The notes under the pieces: generated by a model
Seen by the model: only the letters and a program-made list of their open reading frames with translations
Told to the model about the DNA's origin: nothing
The model's database searches: none
Origin: Spirochaetota bacterium
GTDB lineage: Bacteria; Spirochaetota; UBA4802; UBA5550
Direction of reading: 5' to 3'
Assembly: GCA_963663865.1 (NCBI GenBank)
Contig: OY760686.1
Span: forward strand, 1,888,001-1,952,000
Length of the DNA stretch: 64,000 bases
Program-made: the position numbers and the translations under genes
Part shown: positions 29,698 to 39,440 of the stretch, piece after piece
Layout of the letters: each line of letters starts with the position of its first letter
How positions within the stretch are numbered: the stretch's first letter is position 1

Positions 29698-31791
29698 ATG
29701 TCAAAAAGCCTATATCTAACAACGACAGAAAGTGATTCACAGAAAAAAGCTGTCACGCTTGGTTTGATGGAAATGCTTATCAGGCGTACAGGCAAGGTCG
29801 CCTACTTTAAGCCTATTATTCACGTTTCAGAAAAAAATACCGTTGAAGACAACTTCCGCCTTGTGAAATCCTATTTCAACCTTCCTCTTCACAATGAGCA
29901 GATGTACGCCTACACCTTTGATGAAGCGGAGAGGCTTATTTCCGGAGGGCTTCAGGATGAATTTCTTGAAGGCATTGTAAAGAAGTACAAGGAACTGGAA
30001 GAGAGCCATTCATTCGTTCTGTGTGAAGGAACCGATTTTGATCTGCTGACATCGAACTTTGAGATGGATTTAAACGCCAGGATTGCATCTGTTCTGGCGA
30101 GCCCGGTAATTGTATCGACTCCCGCCGCAAATCGGGAGGTGCGGAATGTTCTACAGGCTGTAAAGATAACTGTTGAATCCTTTAAGTCGAAAAAGTGCGA
30201 CGTAATCGGGACTATTGTTAACAGGGTCCCCGAACAGAATTGTCCGCAGTATCAGCAAGTACTAAAAAGCGAGCCTCTGCTGTCAGGCCAGCATCTTGCA
30301 GTTTTGCCGGAAAGCTCAATTATTGGCACTCCCACCCTGCTTGAAATAGTAAAATATCTGAATGCGTCTGTACTATTTGGAGGAGATCAGCTTTCAAGGA
30401 GTGTAAACAATGTCTCAATCGGAGTTATGAGGCTTGAAAACCATCTCTGGGGAGTAACCGACGGAACCATGATTGTTACCACAGGCGACAGGGCTGATCT
30501 TATCGCCGGGTCAATCCTGATGAATCAGTCCAGTAACTTCCCTGAAATATCGGCTTTAATGCTTACATCGGAGCATCCGGTAGATAAAATGATTCTGAAG
30601 CTTATTGAAGGCGTTAAGTATAAAATACCTATTTTAACTGTTAATGAGGATATAACCAGAACGGCTTCAAAGCTTGATACAATAAAACCTGACATTCTGC
30701 CAGAAAACGCCACAAAGATACAGGCCGCTCTCAACCTGTTCGATGCTTACGCTGACACTGAGGCGCTCGCCAAGCTGATTATTGAATCCAGGGCTTCCAA
30801 GGTGACTCCGAAGATGTTTGAGTATGAGCTCATACATAAGGCGAAGATGCAGAAGAGACACATTGTTCTCCCCGAGGGGACGGATGACAGGATTTTAAGG
30901 GCAGCGGATTCCATAATAGCGAGAAATATCGTGGATCTCACACTTCTTGGAAATGAGAAGAAGATTAAGGCGCGAATACTTGAGCTTGGCCTTGATATGA
31001 CAAATATTCAAATAATTGATCCTCACAACTCACCGCTTACTGCCAAATACGGAGAGGCTTTTTATGAATTAAGGAAGAGTAAGGGGACAACCCCTGAGGA
31101 AGCAAAGCTTGCGGTTCTTGATGTCAGCTACTTCGGAACTATGATGGTCTATATGGGTGATGCGGACGGAATGGTCTCAGGTGCCGTTCATTCAACGGCG
31201 GAAACCATACGACCCGGGCTTCAGATTATAAAGACAAAGCCCGGTGTTTCAATAGTATCATCAGTTTTCCTGATGTGTCTCGAAGACAGGGTCGTAGCTT
31301 ACGGGGACTGCGCTGTTAACCCTGATCCCACAGCTGAGGAGCTTGCAAACATAGCTATATCATCGGCTGAAACGGGATACACTTTCGGCATAGATCCCAG
31401 GGTTGCGATGCTCTCATATTCAACAGGGGACTCCGGTACCGGAGCAGACGTTGATAAAGTTAGAAAGGCAACTGAGATTGCAAGAAAGATGAGGCCCGAC
31501 CTGAAAATAGAAGGCCCTATTCAGTATGACGCGGCTGTATCAAAAGCTGTCGCTGCAACAAAAATGCCTGATTCAGAGGTTGCGGGAAACGCTACGATAT
31601 TTGTTTTCCCGGACCTTAACACTGGAAACAACACATACAAGGCGGTACAGCGTGAAACAGGCGCAATCGCGATTGGCCCAATATTGCAGGGTATGAACAA
31701 ACCTGTTAACGACCTCAGCAGAGGATGCACCATCCCGGATATAATCAATACGGTAATAATTACAGCAATACAATCACAGACACAGGAGTAA
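29698..31791 (+). CDS. pta: phosphate acetyltransferase, long form (BioD-like + DRTGG + PTA)
   Basis: VLCEG, TTGDRAD, IVLPEG, DCAVNP, GPIQYDAA and NDLSRG motifs. Confidence 0.96.
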   Translation: MSKSLYLTTTESDSQKKAVTLGLMEMLIRRTGKVAYFKPIIHVSEKNTVEDNFRLVKSYFNLPLHNEQMYAYTFDEAERLISGGLQDEFLEGIVKKYKELEESHSFVLCEGTDFDLLTSNFEMDLNARIASVLASPVIVSTPAANREVRNVLQAVKITVESFKSKKCDVIGTIVNRVPEQNCPQYQQVLKSEPLLSGQHLAVLPESSIIGTPTLLEIVKYLNASVLFGGDQLSRSVNNVSIGVMRLENHLWGVTDGTMIVTTGDRADLIAGSILMNQSSNFPEISALMLTSEHPVDKMILKLIEGVKYKIPILTVNEDITRTASKLDTIKPDILPENATKIQAALNLFDAYADTEALAKLIIESRASKVTPKMFEYELIHKAKMQKRHIVLPEGTDDRILRAADSIIARNIVDLTLLGNEKKIKARILELGLDMTNIQIIDPHNSPLTAKYGEAFYELRKSKGTTPEEAKLAVLDVSYFGTMMVYMGDADGMVSGAVHSTAETIRPGLQIIKTKPGVSIVSSVFLMCLEDRVVAYGDCAVNPDPTAEELANIAISSAETGYTFGIDPRVAMLSYSTGDSGTGADVDKVRKATEIARKMRPDLKIEGPIQYDAAVSKAVAATKMPDSEVAGNATIFVFPDLNTGNNTYKAVQRETGAIAIGPILQGMNKPVNDLSRGCTIPDIINTVIITAIQSQTQE

Positions 31792-31800
31792 TAGTTTTTT

Positions 31801-33024
31801 ATGAAAATTCTCGTTATAAACACAGGAAGTTCTTCAATCAAATACCGGCTTTTTGACATGGAGAATTCGCACCTTCTCGCGGCCGGTTTGATAGAAAAAA
31901 TCGGTGCGGACATCAGCCACGTGTCGCACAAGGCCTACAGGGCTGACGGTTCCAGCGAATCAATGAAGAAAGATCAGCCTGTCAAAAACCACAGAGACGG
32001 CCTTGAAATTGTCGCGGCACTGCTGATTGACGAAAAGCTTGGATCAATAGCCGACTATTCCGAGATAACGGCAGTAGGTCATAGAATCGTGCACGGTGGT
32101 GAGAACCTTCTTGAGCCTGAACTTGTGACCCCTGAAATTGTTGAAGAGATAAAGAAAGTAGTTCCACTCGCCCCTCTTCACAACAAGGCCCACTTAATAG
32201 GAATTGAGGTAGCTCAATCTGTTTTCCCAAACGCGTCACATGTCGTGGTCTTTGATACCGCTTTTCATCATACAATGCCTAAACATGCCTATATGTACGC
32301 TGTCCCGTATGAGCTGTACGAAAAGTATAAGGTCAGAAAGTACGGTTTTCACGGAACCTCACACAAATATGTTTCTTCAGAGGCAGCATCGTTCATCGGA
32401 AAAGATAAGAAGGACACAAACGTCATATCGATTCATCTTGGTAACGGAAGCAGTATTACAGCCGTTAAAAACGGCGAATGCGTTGATACCAGCATGGGCC
32501 TGACTCCGCTGGCCGGCCTGATTATGGGTACGAGATGCGGAGATATTGACCCGGCGGTATGTTATTACCTTTCAAAAAATCTGGAACTTGATTCACAGGG
32601 TGTCGACGATATATTGAATAAAAAAAGCGGTTTCCTGGGAATATGCGGCAGCAGCGACCTGCGCGAGGTTCGCGACAAGGCCCAATCTGGCGATGAGAGG
32701 GGAAAGCTGGCTCTTGATATGCTTGCTTACCAAATAGCTAAATATGTCGGCTCATACTATGCCGTTTTAGGTACAGTCGACGCTATAGTCTTTACAGCAG
32801 GAATCGGGGAGAACGCTGCGATCGTACGCGAGATGGTTCTTCAAAAGCTGGAACAGCCATTCGGAATTAAAGTTAATAAGGATAAAAACTGGCACAACAA
32901 TGGATGCATGTCGGCTCCGACAGAAATCAGCGCTGATGACAGCAGAATAAAGGTCCTTGTTGTTCCAACTAATGAAGAGCTTCAGATAGCCAGGGATACC
33001 GAAGCCCTCTTGAAGTCAAAATAG
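31801..33024 (+). CDS. ackA: acetate kinase
   Basis: INTGSSSIK, GHRIVHGG, YGFHGTSH, HLGNG, FTAGIGEN and TNEE motifs. Confidence 0.98.
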   Translation: MKILVINTGSSSIKYRLFDMENSHLLAAGLIEKIGADISHVSHKAYRADGSSESMKKDQPVKNHRDGLEIVAALLIDEKLGSIADYSEITAVGHRIVHGGENLLEPELVTPEIVEEIKKVVPLAPLHNKAHLIGIEVAQSVFPNASHVVVFDTAFHHTMPKHAYMYAVPYELYEKYKVRKYGFHGTSHKYVSSEAASFIGKDKKDTNVISIHLGNGSSITAVKNGECVDTSMGLTPLAGLIMGTRCGDIDPAVCYYLSKNLELDSQGVDDILNKKSGFLGICGSSDLREVRDKAQSGDERGKLALDMLAYQIAKYVGSYYAVLGTVDAIVFTAGIGENAAIVREMVLQKLEQPFGIKVNKDKNWHNNGCMSAPTEISADDSRIKVLVVPTNEELQIARDTEALLKSK

Positions 33025-33036
33025 CATTTTTTGAAG

Positions 33037-34692
33037 TCAACAGGACTTGTATATGTAATCATCGGCGGACGATGAGCTTGCTGCTGAAGCGGATACGGCC
33101 ATGTTTCTTCCGTTTTTTTTGGAATGGTACAGCGCCTTGTCTGCCATAACGATGAGCTCACTGTACATCTTCGGCAGCGCCGGGGTTTTTGTAGCGCTCC
33201 CGGCGCTTATTGTAATACGATGATACTTTGAAGCGCTGTGAGGCATCTCCATAGCGCTGACAGCCTCTACGATGGACGAAGCAACATGAGCGGCACCTTC
33301 ATGCGAGGTGTTCGGAAGTATTATTGCGAACTCCTCGCCTCCGTACCTGTAAAGATGGTCGGTTTCCCTCCTCAAGTTGTCTGTTATACACGTGGATATT
33401 GCTTTTAGACATTTATCGCCTTCAACATGTCCATATGTATCATTGTAGGGTTTGAAGTAGTCGATGTCGATCATGATCAGCGACATCGGTTCCTTCGCCC
33501 TGAACGCCCTCTCCCATTCGAACCTGACAACATTGTCAAAGTGACGCCTGTTATAGGCACCTGTGAGACTGTCTGTTATACTCATTAGCTCAAGCCGTTC
33601 ATTAACTCCTTTAAGCTCGTTTGTCTGTGTGCTTATTATCTGGGCCATGTCATCGACTGCCATTGAGAGCAGTCCAAGCTCATTATTTGAGGGAACTGTA
33701 CCGCGTCTTGCATAGTCACCTTTCGCTATGCGTTTAACCTGATCAATAAGGGAGTTAACAGGACTGACAATTGACCTGTCAATGGTTAAGATAACTATCA
33801 GAAGAACTGCAATAGTGGCGACAACCAGAAAGAATATGGCCAGCTTTATGACATTGTCACCCTTGACGGAAATGGCCATGGGTATTGAAATATGAAGAAC
33901 ATATTTACCGCTGCCGGCAATGTCCTGTCTCAGTGCGTAGACGTTGATTTTTTTTTCTGATCTGTTAATCAGCAATTTAACCGGTAAAGAACCAATCAGT
34001 TTCTTTTTTATTTCCGGGGATAAAAAAGACTGTTCTACAGGAAAAACACTGAAATCAATCTCGGTCTGCTCTCTGATTGACATCATGATACGCTCATCCA
34101 GAAGTTTGGACATAATAATAACGCCGTTTGAGGCATTTGGATTTGTTCTGAGCAGTACATTTCTTGCTGAAACAAGCATCAGCCCGATATCGGTTACGAG
34201 AACTCCCCTGACCTCCTCAATGGGCCTGTTAAATTTGGAAGATTTTTTAAGAACACTGCTTTTCAGCAAGTTTTCATTTTTTACAAGTACTTCGGATTTG
34301 AGTTTTTCACGATAGGGATGGTTGTATCCAAGCGCGTAAACCCTGTTTAGATTCCTGTCAAGAATTATCACCTGATCGAAATTGCCGAAAGCAAACGTCT
34401 CAGGGCCAAGGTTTGCGTTTATGAAAGAACTGTTCCTGGTATTAATATAGTTAAACAATGAGTCCCAGGTTGACCAGTCGTTACAGAGCCTGTCAAGGTG
34501 ATATATCTCCCGTTCAAGCGCGTGTACTATTCTCCGATAATTCTTCTCAGCATCGTGCTCCTCAAGTTCAAAAAAGACCGGACGGACAAGCAGAATATGA
34601 ATTGCCGATGCTGCCGCCATGAAGGCGAGAAAGGTTCCGGCAACGAGAATGATAAATTTATACTTAATTTTCAGATATCTGAATCTTTCCAT
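33037..34692 (-). CDS. membrane diguanylate cyclase (CHASE4-HAMP-GGDEF)
   Basis: Two TMs around DWSTWD (CHASE4), a HAMP domain (NELG.L), DIDYFK, the RxxD I-site (RETD) and RYGGEEF. Confidence 0.92.
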   Translation of the reverse strand: MERFRYLKIKYKFIILVAGTFLAFMAAASAIHILLVRPVFFELEEHDAEKNYRRIVHALEREIYHLDRLCNDWSTWDSLFNYINTRNSSFINANLGPETFAFGNFDQVIILDRNLNRVYALGYNHPYREKLKSEVLVKNENLLKSSVLKKSSKFNRPIEEVRGVLVTDIGLMLVSARNVLLRTNPNASNGVIIMSKLLDERIMMSIREQTEIDFSVFPVEQSFLSPEIKKKLIGSLPVKLLINRSEKKINVYALRQDIAGSGKYVLHISIPMAISVKGDNVIKLAIFFLVVATIAVLLIVILTIDRSIVSPVNSLIDQVKRIAKGDYARRGTVPSNNELGLLSMAVDDMAQIISTQTNELKGVNERLELMSITDSLTGAYNRRHFDNVVRFEWERAFRAKEPMSLIMIDIDYFKPYNDTYGHVEGDKCLKAISTCITDNLRRETDHLYRYGGEEFAIILPNTSHEGAAHVASSIVEAVSAMEMPHSASKYHRITISAGSATKTPALPKMYSELIVMADKALYHSKKNGRNMAVSASAASSSSADDYIYKSC

Positions 34693-34962
34693 TGTTCTCC
34701 ATCTTCGGAAAATATTAACGGCATATATCTCAATTTGTCAACAGAATGGCTGAATTATTGAACATATAATGCAATTAATACACATATCGTTGCCGTCGTA
34801 ATCAAGAAAAACGAACAGATTATCATCGAAAGCCTAAAAGAAGCAAAAATACTGCATAAAAATTTGTATTGCAGCTATACAGATCCCCGGTATTAATCTT
34901 GACTATTCAGATTGCAAAGTTATCTAGACATCTGATTAAAAATATAATCGTGGAGGCTTGAT

Positions 34963-35130
34963 ATGGCTTATAAGATTACTGATGAATGTACAGGATGCGG
35001 AACCTGTGCTCCTGAATGTCCAGTTGAGGCAATTTCAGAAGGATCGCCGTACTCGATAGACGCAGATTCATGCACAGAATGCGGAGTATGCGCAGGAGTA
35101 TGTCCTGTTGAGGCAATCGTTCAGGATTAA
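34963..35130 (+). CDS. 2[4Fe-4S] clostridial-type ferredoxin (55 aa), not in the ORF track
   Basis: MAYKITDECTGCGTCAPECPVEAISEGSPYSIDADSCTECGVCAGVCPVEAIVQD has two CxxCxxCxxxCP motifs; GGAGG RBS. Confidence 0.96.
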   Translation: MAYKITDECTGCGTCAPECPVEAISEGSPYSIDADSCTECGVCAGVCPVEAIVQD

Positions 35131-35145
35131 GACTCAAAAACTCTT

Positions 35146-35177
35146 AAAAAAAGAGGGATGCATATCCCTCTTTTTTT
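35146..35177 (+). terminator. intrinsic (bidirectional-type) terminator after ferredoxin
   Basis: A7-GAGGGAT-GCAT-ATCCCTC-T7. Confidence 0.9.
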
Positions 35178-35192
35178 ATTGTTCACAAAAAA

Positions 35193-35642
35193 TTGATTGA
35201 TTATAATTTGCTGTTCAGTTATAAGAACAGTATGGAACCGATAATGCACAAACAGGTTAAAGCCATGGCCGAAAAAACCAAATCAGAACGAAGAAGGAGA
35301 AAGCGTTACGAACTCAGCGGTAATGCGTATGCTGTAGTAGACTCACATTTTACTCAGCTTGCCCATGTAATCGATGTCAGTGAGGAAGGTATTTCTTTTC
35401 TTTACACCGGGCAGGAAATAGAAAAAGGCAGAAATATCAACATGGAGATATTTCTTTACAATGATTCTAAATACGCTGAAAAGGTAAGCGCAAAGGTAGT
35501 CAACAATCTCACTGTCTCGAATAAATCTCTTCTTGATTTTGTCGTATTGATGAGGTGCTGCCTCAAGTTTGACAGGCTTGATGAAAAACAGCAGAAGAAC
35601 ATAGTCTATCTGATAAGCAACTATTCAAGTAATCCTCAATAG
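35193..35642 (+). CDS. PilZ domain protein
   Basis: ERRRRKR (RxxxR) and DVSEEG (DxSxxG); probable start at ATG 35265. Confidence 0.85.
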   Translation: MIDYNLLFSYKNSMEPIMHKQVKAMAEKTKSERRRRKRYELSGNAYAVVDSHFTQLAHVIDVSEEGISFLYTGQEIEKGRNINMEIFLYNDSKYAEKVSAKVVNNLTVSNKSLLDFVVLMRCCLKFDRLDEKQQKNIVYLISNYSSNPQ

Positions 35643-35650
35643 CTTCCATA

Positions 35651-36460
35651 ATGCCTTTTCTTTCTAAAGATGTCCTTGAGCAGGTCTATGTGCTTTATAA
35701 CAAAAGGGAGCTTGTGCATCCTGACCCGCTTGAATTTCTGTACAGATATCCGTCTTTGAAGGACCGTGAGATTGCCGGCCTGATAGCATCCTCCCTCGCG
35801 TACGGGAGAGTAAGCTCAATTCTCAAAACCGTCGAATCAGTGCTTTTAAGAATGGAGCCATCCCCTTTTCATTTCTTAGCAGATAACAGCTTAAATCGTT
35901 TCGAATCAATCTTCGGAAGTTTTAAATACAGATTTACTGACGGACGTGAGCTTGTTGCTCTTTTCTCAGCACTGAAGGAAATCTACAGGCAATATGATTC
36001 GTTAGAGAGCGCCATCACTCCTCATTCTGAAGAGGATGAACCTAACGCCCTTCCCGCTTTAAAGAGGCTTGTTTCCCTGATAATGGCCTTGTCAGGCCTG
36101 AAAAAAAGCTCGCTCATTTCTGATCCTAACAGAGGCAGCGCGTGTAAAAGACTGAATCTATTCTTAAGGTGGATGACACGAAATGATGATGTTGACCCCG
36201 GGGGATGGAGCTATCCTCATCGTTCTAAACTGATTGTACCTCTCGATACCCATATGTATCATTTCGGCTGCTGCTATGGATTTACCTCCAGAAAGAGTCC
36301 GGATATGAAGACTGCTCTTGAAATTACCGAAGGATTCAAAAGGCTTTCACCAGATGACCCTGTTCGGTATGACTTCTCTCTGACGAGGTTCGGAATTAGA
36401 CAGGATATGTGCTGGGAGAATCTTGACGACTTGATTTCCAACCGGCCATATCCCCGGTAA
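35651..36460 (+). CDS. TIGR02757 / DUF2400 family protein
   Basis: DPL.F, LAYGRV, SACKRLNLFLRWM.R...VDPG.W, PLDTH and DPVRYDF motifs. Confidence 0.9.
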   Translation: MPFLSKDVLEQVYVLYNKRELVHPDPLEFLYRYPSLKDREIAGLIASSLAYGRVSSILKTVESVLLRMEPSPFHFLADNSLNRFESIFGSFKYRFTDGRELVALFSALKEIYRQYDSLESAITPHSEEDEPNALPALKRLVSLIMALSGLKKSSLISDPNRGSACKRLNLFLRWMTRNDDVDPGGWSYPHRSKLIVPLDTHMYHFGCCYGFTSRKSPDMKTALEITEGFKRLSPDDPVRYDFSLTRFGIRQDMCWENLDDLISNRPYPR

Positions 36461-36577
36461 AAAAAGATTGCAAATTCACCGTTTTATGCTAACCTTACGG
36501 TAAAGAAGCAGACAGATTACGGCCGCTATGAAAACGCGCAGTCCATGTACTCCGGCCGGTATATATTCAGGTTATAG

Positions 36578-37759
36578 ATGAGATATGTAATCGTTGGAAA
36601 CGGCCCGGCCGGGGTTGAGGCCGCCCTTGCAGCAAGAAAATCCGATCAGACCGGAGTAATCGACATCATCACATGTTCATCAAGCCTCTACTACTACAGG
36701 CCCGGTCTGGTTGAGCACCTTAACGGTGAAGGCGATCTCTCAAAGCTCGTCATGTTTAAACAAGATTTTTATGAGGAAAAAAAGATAACCAATATTCTCG
36801 GTACGCCGGTTGAAGGCATTGGGATCAGTGAATGCATGGTTTACGGTTCAAACGGAGTCAAAATAGGTTATGATAGACTTCTTATAGCAACTGGTTCTTC
36901 ACCATTTGTTCCCCCGATTATAGGAGTTGAAAATGAGGGGGTGTTCACGCTGAGAACAATGAGCGACGCGGAGCGTATTGGAAGCTATGTTATCGGTAAG
37001 AAGAGTGTAATTGTAATAGGAGCAGGTTTGCTCGGTCTGGAGATTGCGTACAACCTTTCCAGGTCCGTAAGCAGGGTTACGGTGATTGAGTCGGAAGACA
37101 GGCTGCTGCCCCGCCAGCTTGACTGTGACGGCGCCGATGTTCTGGAAAAATGTCTGTTATCATTGAACATTGATATTTTAAAGAAAGACAGGGTTCGGGA
37201 GATAAAGCCTGGCCCTGGCAAATTGCTTTCAGTTTACACTGAAGGAGGCGCCGGGATTGAGTGCTGTGCCGTCGTTGTCTGCGCGGGCGTCAAACCCGAC
37301 ACCAGTCTTGCGATTAGCTCAGGGATTAAGGCGGGTAAAGGCATAGAGGTTGACCGGTTTTTTAGAACCAGCTCAGAGAATATTTATGCTGCTGGAGACG
37401 CTGCCGAGTTTGATGGAAGAACTTTTGGGTATTGGAGCATGTCGAGAAGGCAGGGAACTCTTGCCGGTGGCAATATGACAGGAGCTTCAAATGACTATAA
37501 ACCTGAAAGAGGAAATACAGTACTAAAGATTGCAGGAATTGACGTATTCTCTGCCGGAGAACTTGATGTTGAAGGCTCCTCTTCAACTGTTGTCAATCAG
37601 GGCAGTGTTTATAAAAGGCTTGATGTCCTTGATGGTAAGATTACCGGAATTGCCGTGATTGGTGATTCTGATACGGCCAGGTTATCTCAGAAGGCCTTTG
37701 AAAAAAAAATACCTCTTGATGATATTGTTGAGTATTTTGAATATAAAAGGGTTGACTGA
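36578..37759 (+). CDS. FAD-dependent NAD(P)H:rubredoxin oxidoreductase-like protein
   Basis: GNGPAG, IATGS, IGAGLLGLE and IYAAGD motifs; upstream of rubredoxin/SOR/rubrerythrin. Confidence 0.85.
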   Translation: MRYVIVGNGPAGVEAALAARKSDQTGVIDIITCSSSLYYYRPGLVEHLNGEGDLSKLVMFKQDFYEEKKITNILGTPVEGIGISECMVYGSNGVKIGYDRLLIATGSSPFVPPIIGVENEGVFTLRTMSDAERIGSYVIGKKSVIVIGAGLLGLEIAYNLSRSVSRVTVIESEDRLLPRQLDCDGADVLEKCLLSLNIDILKKDRVREIKPGPGKLLSVYTEGGAGIECCAVVVCAGVKPDTSLAISSGIKAGKGIEVDRFFRTSSENIYAAGDAAEFDGRTFGYWSMSRRQGTLAGGNMTGASNDYKPERGNTVLKIAGIDVFSAGELDVEGSSSTVVNQGSVYKRLDVLDGKITGIAVIGDSDTARLSQKAFEKKIPLDDIVEYFEYKRVD

Positions 37760-37771
37760 TTGCAATGAGAA

Positions 37772-38230
37772 TTGATATGTCATCAGTATAAATGTGTAAT
37801 GAGTACAAATATGTCAGACATAAATATAGCAGAAACTCTTCTGGAAAAGGGGATTAAACCCTCTTTTCATAGAATCAAGATACTCGAATACCTTGTAAAC
37901 AGAAAGAATCATCCGACGGCTGATATGATTTTCAGGGATATTTCGCCTTCGATTCCTACTCTGTCAAAGACAACTGTTTACAATACACTTAAGACGCTTT
38001 TAGACTATGGCGTCATTATCTCTCTTAATATAGATGAAGGCGAACAGAGGTTTGATGCTGACTGCACGCAACATGCACATTTGAAATGTATATCATGCGG
38101 TAATATATTTGATTTAGCGGTTGATGACAGCATAAGCGCTTATATTGAACACCAGAACCATATATTCCATGAAGTAAAGATAAACATTGAAGGCATATGC
38201 GCGGATTGCGCGGCTAATATAAACAAATAA
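37772..38230 (+). CDS. perR: Fur family transcriptional regulator, PerR-like
   Basis: [30 protein letters not shown] and GICADC. True start is probably ATG 37799 or 37811. Context is an oxidative-stress cluster. Confidence 0.85.
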   Translation: MICHQYKCVMSTNMSDINIAETLLEKGIKPSFHRIKILEYLVNRKNHPTADMIFRDISPSIPTLSKTTVYNTLKTLLDYGVIISLNIDEGEQRFDADCTQHAHLKCISCGNIFDLAVDDSISAYIEHQNHIFHEVKINIEGICADCAANINK

Positions 38231-38250
38231 CAACAATCAGGAGGAGAATT

Positions 38251-38409
38251 ATGAAGTACGAGTGCACAGTATGCGGATACATTTACGATCCGGAAACGGG
38301 TGACCCTGACAACGGTGTGTCACCTGGAACACAGTTCAGTGATATACCGGAGGATTGGGTTTGTCCTGTATGCGGAGTCGGCAAGGATTCATTTGAGCCG
38401 GTAGATTAA
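38251..38409 (+). CDS. rubredoxin (52 aa), not in the ORF track
   Basis: [52 protein letters not shown]; AGGAGG RBS. Confidence 0.97.
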   Translation: MKYECTVCGYIYDPETGDPDNGVSPGTQFSDIPEDWVCPVCGVGKDSFEPVD

Positions 38410-38426
38410 GATTTAAGGAGGTCATT

Positions 38427-38804
38427 ATGGCTAAATTACATGAGATTTACAAATGTGCTGTTTGCGGGAATATAGTTGAGGTTGTTCACGGCGGAGCCGG
38501 CAATCTTGTCTGCTGCGACGAAGAGATGAAGCTTATGCACGAGAACACCAGCGACGGCGCAAAAGAGAAACATGTGCCCGTTGTGGAAAAGGTTGACGGT
38601 GGTGTAAAGGTAACTGTTGGTTCAGTACTCCACCCTTCAGAAGAGAAACACTATATTGAATGGATTCAGATAATCCTTGAAGACGGTAAGGACATGAAAA
38701 AGTTCCTTAAACCGGGCGATACGCCTGAGGCGTTTTTCCCGAATGTCAGCGGCGATGTCATAGCGAGGGAGTACTGTAATCTTCACGGGCTCTGGAAAGG
38801 ATAA
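38427..38804 (+). CDS. dfx: desulfoferrodoxin (2Fe superoxide reductase)
   Basis: YKCAVCGN...CC centre I; EKHVP, HP..E.HYI and YCNLHGLW centre II. Confidence 0.96.
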   Translation: MAKLHEIYKCAVCGNIVEVVHGGAGNLVCCDEEMKLMHENTSDGAKEKHVPVVEKVDGGVKVTVGSVLHPSEEKHYIEWIQIILEDGKDMKKFLKPGDTPEAFFPNVSGDVIAREYCNLHGLWKG

Positions 38805-38819
38805 AAGGAGATTGATTTA

Positions 38820-39395
38820 ATGAAAAGCGTAAAGGGAACACAGACAGAAAAAAACCTGCTTGAGGCTTTTGCAGGTGAATCACAGGCAAGAACACGATAT
38901 ACTTATTTTGCTTCAGTCGCAAAAAAAGAAGGCTATGAACAGATTTCAGCTATATTCATGGAGACCGCAGAGAATGAGAAGGAACACGCCAAGAGGTTCT
39001 TTAAATTTCTTGAAGGCGGTCAGGTCGAAATAACAGCAAAGTATCCGGCCGGCGTGATAGGCACTACGGAGGAAAACCTTCAGGCTGCGGCAATGGGCGA
39101 GAACGAGGAGCACACAATGCTTTATCCTGAAGCGGCCAAAACTGCTGACGAAGAGGGCTTTCCTGAAATAGCAGCCCTGTTCAGGCTTGTTTCAACCGTT
39201 GAAAAGCATCATGAAGAAAGATATCTCAAGCTGCTTGCCAACCTGAAGAATAAAGAGGTATTTAAAAAACAGGGAAAACAGCAGTGGATTTGCAGGAATT
39301 GCGGTTATATTCACGAAGGCGAATCAGCTCCGCAGATGTGCCCGACATGCCTGCACCCTCAGTCATTTTTCGAACTTCTTTGCGATAATTTTTAA
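38820..39395 (+). CDS. rbr: rubrerythrin
   Basis: [20 protein letters not shown] and a C-terminal CRNCG...CPTC.HP domain. Confidence 0.97.
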   Translation: MKSVKGTQTEKNLLEAFAGESQARTRYTYFASVAKKEGYEQISAIFMETAENEKEHAKRFFKFLEGGQVEITAKYPAGVIGTTEENLQAAAMGENEEHTMLYPEAAKTADEEGFPEIAALFRLVSTVEKHHEERYLKLLANLKNKEVFKKQGKQQWICRNCGYIHEGESAPQMCPTCLHPQSFFELLCDNF

Positions 39396-39402
39396 TTAAA
39401 CC

Positions 39403-39430
39403 GCTGACCGCGATTTAATTCGCGGTCAGC
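39403..39430. other. strong intergenic hairpin
   Basis: GCTGACCGCGA-TTTAAT-TCGCGGTCAGC is an 11-bp perfect stem with no U-tract on the + strand. Confidence 0.7.
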
Positions 39431-39440
39431 AAAATAAAAC

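Noticed and set aside
35215-35244. ACCGATAA as a sigma28 -10 before PilZ
   Set aside because: No TAAA-like -35 at the required spacing.
27171-35280. Identical 16-nt starts (ATGGCCGAAAAAACCA) of the 27171 membrane protein and PilZ (35265)
   Set aside because: Similarity does not extend further; probably N-terminal composition bias.
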